Of a DNA stretch of 34,364 nt, positions 26,319 through 34,297 are shown piece after piece. The stretch is from positions 1 through 34,364 of the IMG/VR virus record IMGVR_UViG_3300005764_000047; one strand, written 5' to 3'. The notes beneath the pieces were generated by a model. The model was given only the letters and a program-made list of their open reading frames with translations, did no database searches and had not been told where the DNA came from. A program made the position numbers and the translations under genes. Source of the DNA: a virus (Duplodnaviria > Caudoviricetes). Each line of letters begins with the position of its first letter. The first letter of the stretch is position 1.

Positions 26319-26621
26319 ATGAACACAGCAAAACAACCAACAATGGCAGCGCAGGGCCAGAACATGCGCATTAACTGCGAGCACCTAGAGCAGCTCGACC
26401 CCAACGCCAAAGTAACCTTGCACCGTGCGGTGCAATGCCCCCAGGGCTACGAGGTAATCTTTAACGCCGCCCAAAACAGTTTGGGCCAAATTAGCTTTTA
26501 CCCCGATGCCGCAAAGGCCTCGCCGGCGCCCCTGGTGCTAACCGTAGCGCAGGCCGCTTATTGGATCCGCGAATGGAGTTTTTACACGCCGGCAGCCTTT
26601 TTTGTGGAGGCGGCACAATGA
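26319..26621 (+). CDS. Hypothetical early protein
   Basis: ATG at 26319 within a hairpin; stop overlaps the next ATG. Confidence 0.6.
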   Translation: MNTAKQPTMAAQGQNMRINCEHLEQLDPNAKVTLHRAVQCPQGYEVIFNAAQNSLGQISFYPDAAKASPAPLVLTVAQAAYWIREWSFYTPAAFFVEAAQ

Positions 26622-27070
26622 GGCGCGGCTTTGTTTACAGCGATGGCGGGCGCAAGGCCGCGGGCTACCGGGGCAAGGCCGGCGACTGTGTAACGCGCGC
26701 CATTGCTATTGCCACGCAGCAACCTTACGCCGTGGTTTACGCGGCCCTGTCACACGGCTGCCGCACCCAGCGCCGCGGCCGCAACAAAAAGGCCCACAAG
26801 GGCACCGCGGCGCACGGCGTTGTCGTGCAGCGCAAGTGGTTTAAACAATACATGGCCAACCTGGGATGGGTGTGGGTGCCCACCATGCACATTGGCAGCG
26901 GGTGCACAGTGCACTTGCGCGCCGACGAGCTGCCGGCGGGCCGCCTGGTAGTTAACCTTAGCCGGCACATGAGCGCCGTGGTGGATGGCGTGGTGCACGA
27001 TACTTACGACCCGCGGCGCCGCGGCACCAGGTGTGTTTACGGTTATTGGCACAAGGCGGTGGCGCAATGA
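26618..27070 (+). CDS. Phage protein with a Cys-His-Asp papain-like signature
   Basis: GDCVTRAIAIA...RHMSAVVDGVVHDTYD...VYGYW; GGAGG Shine-Dalgarno site. Confidence 0.7.
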   Translation: MRRGFVYSDGGRKAAGYRGKAGDCVTRAIAIATQQPYAVVYAALSHGCRTQRRGRNKKAHKGTAAHGVVVQRKWFKQYMANLGWVWVPTMHIGSGCTVHLRADELPAGRLVVNLSRHMSAVVDGVVHDTYDPRRRGTRCVYGYWHKAVAQ

Positions 27071-27465
27071 AGGAGCACAACTTGCAAGTAACCCAAACCG
27101 TGTGGCGCCGCGTGCGCCGGCCCAGTGCCGCCACAATCGCAAAGCTAAAAGCGGCCACTAAGCCCGGCTATGGTTACAAAGTTACCGTGGGCCAATTGGT
27201 GGACGAGCAAATTGGCAAGGGGCAGCCAGTGCCCGCGTTTTACCGCGAGCTAATTAACTTGGCCACCACCAAATGCCTGGGCATCGAGCTTTTGCCGGGC
27301 GCCTGGGGCATCGACAATCGCGACCGAATCCTGGGCGCCTGGGGTGGCCGCGATGTTGTTTTGTGCGCGCCCCTAGAATTACAGCGCGGGCACAAGCTTG
27401 TGGTGGTAAAAGCAAGCGAACTAAGACCCATAAAATGCCGTGAGCACGTTTACCCGATAACGTAA
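27067..27465 (+). CDS. Hypothetical protein
   Basis: ATGA overlap; begins MKEHNLQ. Confidence 0.6.
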   Translation: MKEHNLQVTQTVWRRVRRPSAATIAKLKAATKPGYGYKVTVGQLVDEQIGKGQPVPAFYRELINLATTKCLGIELLPGAWGIDNRDRILGAWGGRDVVLCAPLELQRGHKLVVVKASELRPIKCREHVYPIT

Positions 27466-27519
27466 ACAATTGCCGTGCCAACTTGCCTAAACACCGTAAA
27501 ATATAATTAAATATAATTG

Positions 27520-27548
27520 TTGCGTTTGATTATGCTAGGGCGTAGGAT
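27520..27548 (+). promoter_or_regulatory. Sigma70-like early promoter, probably leaderless
   Basis: TTGCGT-N17-TAGGAT, ATG 7 nt after the -10 box; tandem AAATATAATT x2 (27499-27518) upstream as an UP-like element. Confidence 0.6.
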
Positions 27549-27555
27549 GAGGCCA

Positions 27556-27738
27556 ATGACAACAACACAAAACAACAATAAGGCGGCCCGCCAAGCAGGG
27601 CAAATTGGCAATACACCAAGTATCAGGCTCGACGAATTGCTGGCGGCAGTTAAGCGGGTCGCATTAATTCTCGACGAATCTGACGAAGCGCAAATGCTCT
27701 GGGAAGCAATCGCCAACGCGGAAAGGGGGAGCAAATGA
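27556..27738 (+). CDS. Hypothetical protein
   Basis: Begins MTTTQNNNKAARQAGQI; follows the promoter. Confidence 0.6.
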   Translation: MTTTQNNNKAARQAGQIGNTPSIRLDELLAAVKRVALILDESDEAQMLWEAIANAERGSK

Positions 27739-27818
27739 CGCCCGTTGTCTTTTACGTGATCTGCGCACCAATGTTGGCGTTTTTTATTGGCGTGTGGCTG
27801 GGCGGAGGTGGCAAGTGA
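27735..27818 (+). CDS. 27-aa membrane microprotein (MTPVVFYVICAPMLAFFIGVWLGGGGK)
   Basis: Translated by hand; ATGA and GTGA overlaps at the two ends. Confidence 0.6.
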   Translation: MTPVVFYVICAPMLAFFIGVWLGGGGK

Positions 27819-28075
27819 AATTGCTTGGCCCATACCCTGAAAGCATTAGCCGCCGGCTTTACGAGGCCACGCCCAAAGCTGTTTTTGCCGGCATTGCTGC
27901 CGGCGTGGCGCTAAACGGTGGCGCCAGTGTGCAAATAGCCGATGCCGACACCCCCAATAACTACATTATGCGCGAGTGGGTGCTTATGTTTGAGCAAGGG
28001 CACGTTAAAAGCCAGCCGCCAAGCTGGGTGCGCGCCGCAGTTAAACGCGAACGCGCTGGGGAGGTGCCGGCGTGA
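27815..28075 (+). CDS. Hypothetical protein
   Basis: GTG start with GGAGG upstream; overlaps on both sides. Confidence 0.65.
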   Translation: MKLLGPYPESISRRLYEATPKAVFAGIAAGVALNGGASVQIADADTPNNYIMREWVLMFEQGHVKSQPPSWVRAAVKRERAGEVPA

Positions 28076-28272
28076 GCGTGTTTATTGCCGTTTTTGCCTT
28101 GGCTATGCTTGTGCAACATTGCCGGGCACGCCACAAGTTGCGCGGCATTGTCATAGCAATTGACAAGCTGATTGCACAATGCCAGGCGGGCAGCAACCGG
28201 CCAACCAATTACGCGCGCACAAGCTGGCAATATAACCAGGCACCGCGCAACGTTGGGGAGGTGCAACCATGA
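28072..28272 (+). CDS. Hypothetical protein with a hydrophobic N-terminus
   Basis: GTGA and ATGA overlaps; GGAGGTG upstream. Confidence 0.55.
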   Translation: MSVFIAVFALAMLVQHCRARHKLRGIVIAIDKLIAQCQAGSNRPTNYARTSWQYNQAPRNVGEVQP

Positions 28273-28877
28273 ACATTAGCGTTGAACGCCGGCGCGGCTG
28301 CGGCTACCGTAAGCCCGGTGGCATTTACCTGGTGGCGCCCGGCACGGGGTTTGGGTGCGGCTTGCTGCCCATACCACTTACCATTTGCCCGTGTTGTGGT
28401 GCCGGCTTTAGGCACAACCGCGGCTTCACCTGGATTAACCCAGCGGGCATTGCTGCGGCAGCTAACCACGCTTGCACCAGGCCCACTGGGTGCAGCATTT
28501 GCCCGTTGGCCGACAGCAAGGTGCAGCGGGCCGGCTTACTTTGGATTGGCGCAGCGTTTTACAAAACGCCCGACCTATTTGACGCCGAAGCGGCCCGCAT
28601 GGGCATTAGCCGGCGCATAAGCGCGCTGCCGCGCGACTTTAAGGTGGGCGAAAGCTGGATTGCCTTGGCCCACATTAAAGCGATCGAAGGGCCGGCGCCG
28701 GCTCCAGGCGAGGAACTAATAGAAGCCAGGCCCGGCATTTTCCGCTTGTTTAAACCCACGGCTATTGAATACGTGGTTAAAGGCACCGAAACGGATGAGG
28801 AACTGGCGCGGTTTGAAAAGCGCGGTTTTACCCTGGTTAAAGTGGTGCACGCCAAAGAGGAACAGGAGGCGGCATAA
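28269..28877 (+). CDS. Cys-rich (probably Zn-binding) phage protein
   Basis: ERRRGCGYRKPGGIYL, CPCCG, CSICP and MGISRRI segments. Confidence 0.75.
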   Translation: MNISVERRRGCGYRKPGGIYLVAPGTGFGCGLLPIPLTICPCCGAGFRHNRGFTWINPAGIAAAANHACTRPTGCSICPLADSKVQRAGLLWIGAAFYKTPDLFDAEAARMGISRRISALPRDFKVGESWIALAHIKAIEGPAPAPGEELIEARPGIFRLFKPTAIEYVVKGTETDEELARFEKRGFTLVKVVHAKEEQEAA

Positions 28878-28878
28878 C

Positions 28879-29265
28879 ATGGTGGAATTTAACGATGTTT
28901 ACCGCCATGGCGGCAACCCGGTGGAGCAACGCGATTATTGCAAGGATGCCGTTTACGACATGCGCTTTTCACACCACAACCTGCAAGCTTTATGGGGCGC
29001 TTACCGTTGGATGCGCACCCAACTTGACCTAGGTTACGTCTGGACGGAGTCAAGTGGGGGCGATTTGCTTCGCCGTTACCGCCGGGCCGGCCCGCACTGG
29101 GTGTTGCAAGATAAAATATGGGATGCCGGCCTTTACGCCACCGTGGTTAGCTTTGACGCGGCCAAGGGCGAATTAACCATAGTGGGGCGCACATACGCCG
29201 ACAAGGTGTTGGCCATGGCGGTTGCGCGCGAGTTTATGGCCCAACTAAAGGAGCAAGCAATATGA
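28879..29265 (+). CDS. Hypothetical protein
   Basis: AGGAGG site then ATG at 28879 (MVEFNDVY). Confidence 0.65.
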   Translation: MVEFNDVYRHGGNPVEQRDYCKDAVYDMRFSHHNLQALWGAYRWMRTQLDLGYVWTESSGGDLLRRYRRAGPHWVLQDKIWDAGLYATVVSFDAAKGELTIVGRTYADKVLAMAVAREFMAQLKEQAI

Positions 29266-29621
29266 AACCAATTTACCGTAGGCCGGGCCGTCGTAAGGCG
29301 CCCAGTCATGTGGCTGGCCACAGCAAGGCACAAACGCCCGCCGTAAGTAAACCGCGGGTGAAAGCGGCGGAAACGCATTATGGGGCGGCCTACGGTAATT
29401 TCATTTGTGTGCTATGCCGCGGCCGTTTTACGGGCCACGGTAACAACCCTTGGCCGCTTGCCGAGGAGGGCAAATGCTGCAACGATTGCGACGACATAAA
29501 AGTTGTCCCCGCGCGGATGGTGCGGCTCGGATTTAATGAGGCGCACGCAAAACATACCGGTGAACTTGCTCGCAACATTCGGAGAAAAATATGCCAAGAA
29601 AAATCGGAAAAAACAAGGTAA
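29262..29621 (+). CDS. Zn-finger-like phage protein
   Basis: CVLC...GHGNNPWPL...CCNDCD...VVPARM. Confidence 0.7.
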   Translation: MKPIYRRPGRRKAPSHVAGHSKAQTPAVSKPRVKAAETHYGAAYGNFICVLCRGRFTGHGNNPWPLAEEGKCCNDCDDIKVVPARMVRLGFNEAHAKHTGELARNIRRKICQEKSEKTR

Positions 29622-29782
29622 ACGATATTACAACGCGAAAATATTGGGAAGCCACGGCCATCACAGTCGACGGGCACAAGATTTACGGCTATGGCGGCAC
29701 AGAGGCCAAAGCCATCGCAAAAGCCCGACAGCTTGCCTACCAAGAGGACGCTAAAATATGCCACGAAAAATCACAAAAATGA
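29591..29782 (+). CDS. Hypothetical protein (MPRKI repeat 1)
   Basis: Shares its start sequence with the next two ORFs. Confidence 0.6.
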   Translation: MPRKIGKNKVNDITTRKYWEATAITVDGHKIYGYGGTEAKAIAKARQLAYQEDAKICHEKSQK

Positions 29783-29997
29783 CGTTACTCGATAAAGCTA
29801 TGGCAAGGCCCACTAGCAGCCAACGCCGGCTTGACCCAAATGGGGAGGTAGTTGAGTTGGCTTTGGCATGGGCTAGGAACGAAATCAAATTGGCGCAGGT
29901 TCGAACGGCCCTCGATTGTGGCAAGAACAGCGCCAGCAAAGCGTATTGCACGCTTGCACGTGGACTGCGCGAGGCAATCAGGAAGGGGGTGGTGTAA
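29758..29997 (+). CDS. Helical, possibly DNA-binding protein (MPRKI repeat 2)
   Basis: Shares the start sequence; helical and basic. Confidence 0.6.
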   Translation: MPRKITKMTLLDKAMARPTSSQRRLDPNGEVVELALAWARNEIKLAQVRTALDCGKNSASKAYCTLARGLREAIRKGVV

Positions 29998-30197
29998 TGC
30001 CAAGAAAAATCACAAACTTAAACAAAGGCGTTTACGTAATGATTACGCCCGCCAACTCGCGCGCCCTGGGGCGCATAATTGCCCGCACCGGCCGCACTTT
30101 TAGCAAGGAAGTTAACATGGCTATAACCGATTATGTGGCGCGGCATAATGGCGGCGACCAGCAAACCGATGAGGAACCAGCGCATGCCACCGCTTAG
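29997..30197 (+). CDS. Ribbon-helix-helix (Arc-like) DNA-binding protein (MPRKI repeat 3)
   Basis: KGVYVMITP strand, then helices ANSRALGRIIARTG and RTFSKEVNMAITDYV; TAATG overlap. Confidence 0.65.
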   Translation: MPRKITNLNKGVYVMITPANSRALGRIIARTGRTFSKEVNMAITDYVARHNGGDQQTDEEPAHATA

Positions 30198-30339
30198 AGC
30201 AAAAGTGCAAACCATAACCCAAAACTGCGGCCTTTACCTGGCCCACCAGGCACGGCTTTACAAGGCCACAAAGCCCCGTAGCCGGCCTTTTATTACGCGG
30301 CTGCGCCTGGTGCTACAAAAAACCCGCGAGCGCTTATGA
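30184..30339 (+). CDS. Small basic hypothetical protein
   Basis: GAGGA upstream of ATG 30184; stop overlaps the next ATG. Confidence 0.45.
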   Translation: MPPLRAKVQTITQNCGLYLAHQARLYKATKPRSRPFITRLRLVLQKTRERL

Positions 30340-30548
30340 CCACCACCTACCAATTATGGCGTGACGACTGCCTCCTTTTGGCTGGGTGCTTAAGCACCGA
30401 CGCCCCGAAACGCGCGGCGGCCAAGGATGCTTACAACGAGGCCTGCCGCGGCACCAAGCCCGCTTATTACATACGCACCGACAGCGGTCAATTAGTAGCC
30501 ATGGGCCGGCGTTACAATAGCCGCATGACCTGGAGGCGCTCATGTTAG
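30336..30548 (+). CDS. Hypothetical protein
   Basis: ATGA overlap. Confidence 0.55.
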   Translation: MTTTYQLWRDDCLLLAGCLSTDAPKRAAAKDAYNEACRGTKPAYYIRTDSGQLVAMGRRYNSRMTWRRSC

Positions 30549-30718
30549 TGGCCACCTTACTGTTGGTTGCCTTGGTGCTTTGCGCCATTTACCTAACCGT
30601 TGACCGCATAGTGGACGAGCGCCGGCGCGCCCGCGAAAACCGGCAGGAATTAGAAGATTGGCACGCCACGCCGAAACAATATGAGCCCAAAACCAAAACC
30701 AAAAAACACCGAGCTTGA
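30542..30718 (+). CDS. 58-aa single-TM protein
   Basis: Translated by hand: MLVATLLLVALVLCAIYLTVDRIVDERRRARE...; GGAGG upstream. Confidence 0.55.
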   Translation: MLVATLLLVALVLCAIYLTVDRIVDERRRARENRQELEDWHATPKQYEPKTKTKKHRA

Positions 30719-31784
30719 CGCACCCGGCAAGTTGCGCTCGCTTGTGCAGTCCACAAACTTTAAAAGCGCCGTTGCCGCGGCGCTACCGTCGCACCTGCGC
30801 CCCGACCGTTTTGTGCGCGTGGCTTTAACCGCCTTAACCCGCACACCCAGGCTGGCCGAATGTGATCAGGCAAGCTTTTTCCAATGCTTGTTAACCCTAT
30901 CGCAACTGGGTTTGGAACCCGATGGGCGCCTGGCCCACCTTATACCTTTCCGCAATAGCAGGCGCAACGTAACCGAGTGCACGCTTATCGTGGATTACAA
31001 GGGGCTGGTGGCGCTGGCAATACGTAGCGGCCGCGTCTCGGTTATACACGCTGACAAAATTTGTGAGGCCGACGACTTTGTTTTTGACCGCGGCGAAGTG
31101 GTGCGGCACCGCGTCGACTTTAAAAAACCGCGCGGCGCAGCTTATGCCTACTACGCCTTGGTGCGCTTTAAAGATGGCACCGAGCAAGCCGACGTAATGC
31201 CGTTGGAGGATGTGCAGCGCATACGCGCCCGCAGCCGCGCTGCTAACGATGGCCCGTGGGTAACCGATTTCGACGAAATGGCCAAGAAAACCGTTTTCCG
31301 CCGGCTAACGAAATGGTTGGAATTGTCGCCAGAATACCGCGACGCCTTGGAAGCGGACGCGGACGCCCTGGAGGAGCGGCGATTTGAGGCGGCGATCCCC
31401 ATTGAACGGCCCGTGTTTGAAGCGGCCGTATTGCCATCGCCAACGCAGGGGGAGGCAGAAGATGCCCCGGCGCCACCTCCCCCTGCAAAGCCAGCCAAAA
31501 TAAACGGCAGCAAAACGCCGGCCACCGATGAGGTTATGCGCCGCTTGCGCGAAATGGCTTTTAGCGACCAAGATTTGCTGGCCGTGGCGCACGAGCACGA
31601 TTGGGTGGATAAGGGCACGCAATTTGTAATTAACGTGGGCGAAGATAAGGCCAAGGCGTTATTAGAAAATTGGGGGCTAATTGTGCAGAAAATGGGGGCG
31701 CGCCGGCGCGCTGCCGAAGAAGCACAACCGCCCGAAGAGCAAACCAGCTTTGTAACTGGCACGCCGGAAAACCCCTTTTTATGA
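30681..31784 (+). CDS. recT: RecT-family single-strand annealing protein
   Basis: ALPSHLRPDRFVRVALTAL, SQLGLEPDG, AHLIPF, LIVDYKGLV and GPWVTDFDEMAKKTVFRRL motifs. Confidence 0.95.
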   Translation: MSPKPKPKNTELDAPGKLRSLVQSTNFKSAVAAALPSHLRPDRFVRVALTALTRTPRLAECDQASFFQCLLTLSQLGLEPDGRLAHLIPFRNSRRNVTECTLIVDYKGLVALAIRSGRVSVIHADKICEADDFVFDRGEVVRHRVDFKKPRGAAYAYYALVRFKDGTEQADVMPLEDVQRIRARSRAANDGPWVTDFDEMAKKTVFRRLTKWLELSPEYRDALEADADALEERRFEAAIPIERPVFEAAVLPSPTQGEAEDAPAPPPPAKPAKINGSKTPATDEVMRRLREMAFSDQDLLAVAHEHDWVDKGTQFVINVGEDKAKALLENWGLIVQKMGARRRAAEEAQPPEEQTSFVTGTPENPFL

Positions 31785-32350
31785 GTTGCTACAACTTCGA
31801 AACCAATAGTGAGTTTGAGCGGCTGCACCTGCCTTATGCCCAAAAGGTTTTGGATTGGATAACCAACCCTTACCAATCCCCCGAAGTGCCAAAGCCCAAA
31901 TTGGCATCCTTGGAGGACGACCTTAAGCACGCCACCGACATTATACGTGCCGGCGATAGGGTGGGTTTCCGCGTTAGGCGCAAAAAGCATAGGCGCGCCA
32001 ATGGCGGCGACTTTTCGGTTAGGGTGGAAAACAAGGGTTACGAAACCGAGGTGCACAAAATTCGCCGCGGTTGCGGCCGTTATTACCTTTACAGCTTTTC
32101 TTTAGATGACGCCGGCGGGCTGGAGTGCGCCTGGCTGGTCAGTTTGGAAAGGCTGCGCGAGCGCAGGTTGTTGGAACGCGACCCTAGCGGCCTTTACAAA
32201 TACCCAGTGCACCAAAACGGCGATGGCACGGCAGCCATGTATATTCAAATCGAAGGCGATACGGGCGACTTTTGGCGCCCCTCGTTAAGGCAAGCTGGGT
32301 GCATAGTGGGGGAATGGAATTACTACGATGGCCAACACATCTGCCAGTAA
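31781..32350 (+). CDS. Hypothetical protein, possible restriction-endonuclease-like fold
   Basis: ATGA overlap with recT; 'DDLKHATD...VGFRVRR...ETEVHKI...YYLY' pattern. Confidence 0.6.
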   Translation: MSCYNFETNSEFERLHLPYAQKVLDWITNPYQSPEVPKPKLASLEDDLKHATDIIRAGDRVGFRVRRKKHRRANGGDFSVRVENKGYETEVHKIRRGCGRYYLYSFSLDDAGGLECAWLVSLERLRERRLLERDPSGLYKYPVHQNGDGTAAMYIQIEGDTGDFWRPSLRQAGCIVGEWNYYDGQHICQ

Positions 32351-33443
32351 CTTGTTTCGCCGCGCCCTTTGCCCCGGCAGCGAGGCCATGGAAGAGGGGT
32401 TGCCCGATGATAACACCCAGGAGGCGCGCGAAGGCACTTTACTGCACCACTACGACGCGCACCCCGAGCTTGACCGTGAGGTGCTTAAGCCCGAACAGCG
32501 CGACTTGCTGGATATAAGCGCCGGCCTGGACAAGTTCATTTTTAGCCGCATTGCCCAAACCTACCAGTTGAATGGCACCGACGAAACCAGTGGCTACGTG
32601 GAGCACCGCGAGGTAGCGCTTAATTACAAGGCGCTACCTGGGCACGCCGACTTGGTGCGCTATTACCGCGGCGCGCAAACGGCGCTGATAATCGACAAAA
32701 AGTTTGGTTACCGGCAGCAAACGCCGGCCGCGCTTAACAAACAATTGCGCGCTTATGCCGTGATGGTGGCTGAAATGGTAACGCTAAAAGGGGCTATTGT
32801 GGCCATAACGCAGCCACGCATGCCCTTTAGCGAGCGTGTTACCATTGCCGCTTACACCGCCGAGGACATTAACCTGGCCCGGTTGGAAATTGACCTAATT
32901 TTGCAAACGGCCAAGGAAAACCCCACCAAGCTGGTGGCTGGCGAAGAGCAATGCCGCTATTGCCGGGCCAAAGTAAAGTGCCCAGCTTACGCAGCCGTGA
33001 CGCAACCGCTAACGATAGCCGCTGGCGGTTCCGCTGCAATTGCAGTTGATGTTGTGCGCGAGCTCGAATTGGCAAGCCCCGAAAAAGTAAGCATGCTATT
33101 GCGCGCGATTCAATTTGGCGATTTTATTAAAGACCAGGTGCGCGACATAGGGCGCGCCATGGTTGTGGATGGGCGGCTCCCAGGTTGGAAACTGGGGGCC
33201 GCTTCCACTTACCGCAAAATTGCTGACGCCGCGCGTGCCATCGCCCTTTTGCATTTAAAGGGCGATTTAACAAAGGACGAGATTTTAGAATGTTGCAGCC
33301 CAGCCTTAACCAAGTTGCGCGACAAGTTAAGGCAAAAAACGGGCTGCACGTGGAAGGAGGCAAACGCCACAATAGATAAAACCCTAGCGGAGGTGTTGGA
33401 GTTTGAGGAGCGCAAGCCACCGCTGTTACCAACACACAAATAA
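32328..33443 (+). CDS. Cas4/RecB-like PD-(D/E)xK exonuclease (DUF2800-like)
   Basis: LCPGS, EGTLLH, GHADLV, IIDKKFG, NKQLRAYA and QCRYCRAKVKCP (Fe-S cysteines). Confidence 0.85.
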   Translation: MANTSASNLFRRALCPGSEAMEEGLPDDNTQEAREGTLLHHYDAHPELDREVLKPEQRDLLDISAGLDKFIFSRIAQTYQLNGTDETSGYVEHREVALNYKALPGHADLVRYYRGAQTALIIDKKFGYRQQTPAALNKQLRAYAVMVAEMVTLKGAIVAITQPRMPFSERVTIAAYTAEDINLARLEIDLILQTAKENPTKLVAGEEQCRYCRAKVKCPAYAAVTQPLTIAAGGSAAIAVDVVRELELASPEKVSMLLRAIQFGDFIKDQVRDIGRAMVVDGRLPGWKLGAASTYRKIADAARAIALLHLKGDLTKDEILECCSPALTKLRDKLRQKTGCTWKEANATIDKTLAEVLEFEERKPPLLPTHK

Positions 33444-33445
33444 GC

Positions 33446-33736
33446 ATGACCATAACTTACAAACTATACATTGATTTCGTGGACGACATAAGCCCCACCA
33501 ATGTGGCCCGCGCAAAAAACAAAAACAAAGCCAAGAGCAAAAACCACAAGGAAACGGCAGCCGGCAAATCTACCTGGCAAACTTTTGAGGCCGGCTGCCA
33601 GGCTTTTATTGATGAGCTGGCGCAGGAATACGTAAGTGTAGGCTTTACTGCCAGCCCTACCATTGCCAACGTGCAGGGCGCACCGGGCAAATACCTGGTA
33701 TGCCAGGCCATAATGTGCGGCCAAAAATTAACATGA
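33446..33736 (+). CDS. Hypothetical protein
   Basis: ATG 2 nt after the exonuclease stop. Confidence 0.6.
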   Translation: MTITYKLYIDFVDDISPTNVARAKNKNKAKSKNHKETAAGKSTWQTFEAGCQAFIDELAQEYVSVGFTASPTIANVQGAPGKYLVCQAIMCGQKLT

Positions 33737-33840
33737 AAGAACGCACTCAATACCTGATCATCGTAATTGGCCTTACTGGCATTTTAGTTGCCGCCATTTT
33801 GCTAGAAATCTGCAAAAGCTTCATGCAGACACTTTTATAA
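33733..33840 (+). CDS. 35-aa single-TM protein (MKERTQYLIIVIGLTGILVAAILLEICKSFMQTLL)
   Basis: Translated by hand; ATGA overlap. Confidence 0.55.
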   Translation: MKERTQYLIIVIGLTGILVAAILLEICKSFMQTLL

Positions 33841-34068
33841 AAACGACAAAGAAGGAGGTGAAAAAGAATGAAACAACTAGCGATGATAGTAAGCGCAGCA
33901 TTTGTAGTAGTGTTTGGCGCACTTGCGGATAGCGGCCCGCGACAGAATCCAGTGCGACGCCCGCCACCACCACCGGCAACTCTCGACGCGATTCTGCTCA
34001 ATCGTGAAACAAGAGAGTTTGTATTTCTTAATTGAACGCAACAAATGTTCCCCACCAGACACTTTTAT
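33826..34068. repeat. 13-bp direct repeat CAGACACTTTTAT flanking a small gene
   Basis: Copies at 33826-33838 and 34056-34068. Confidence 0.7.
33868..34035 (+). CDS. 55-aa signal-peptide-like, Pro-rich microprotein
   Basis: AAGGAGGTG Shine-Dalgarno site at 33852-33860; MKQLAMIVSAAFVVVFGALA-DSGPRQNPVRRPPPPP... Confidence 0.6.
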   Translation: MKQLAMIVSAAFVVVFGALADSGPRQNPVRRPPPPPATLDAILLNRETREFVFLN

Positions 34069-34297
34069 GAGTGCCCACTACCATAACAACCGGCGCATGG
34101 CTAAAGAAAAATTTGTTAGCACAAAGCGCAACTACGAGGCTTACGATGGCAAACGCTCGTTACTGCAACTTTACGAAACCATGGGCATAGAGAATGATTA
34201 CGTGCGCGACCTGCGCCGCCGTGTTAGGCGCAAGCAAGTGCAACTATTAAACCGGGGCAGCGATGGCGTGGCCCCCAAATTCGATGCCAACCGTTGA
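34067..34297 (+). CDS. Basic hypothetical protein
   Basis: ATG at 34067 (alternative at 34097). Confidence 0.55.
   Translation: MSAHYHNNRRMAKEKFVSTKRNYEAYDGKRSLLQLYETMGIENDYVRDLRRRVRRKQVQLLNRGSDGVAPKFDANR

Noticed and set aside
30658-30673. TTGGCACG before recT as a sigma54 site
   Set aside because: GG-GC spacing is wrong and it lies within a coding ORF.
32328-33443. Cas4-like gene as evidence of a CRISPR system
   Set aside because: No repeat-spacer array or other cas genes are present; the recT context indicates a recombination exonuclease.
33932-33943. GCGGCCCGCGAC matching the early leader at 25873
   Set aside because: A GC-rich 12-mer without the GGGC half or promoter context; probably chance.
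105-34062. Many minus-strand and alternate-frame ORFs in the track
   Set aside because: They shadow well-supported + strand genes in GC-rich DNA and show no recognisable motifs or coupling.
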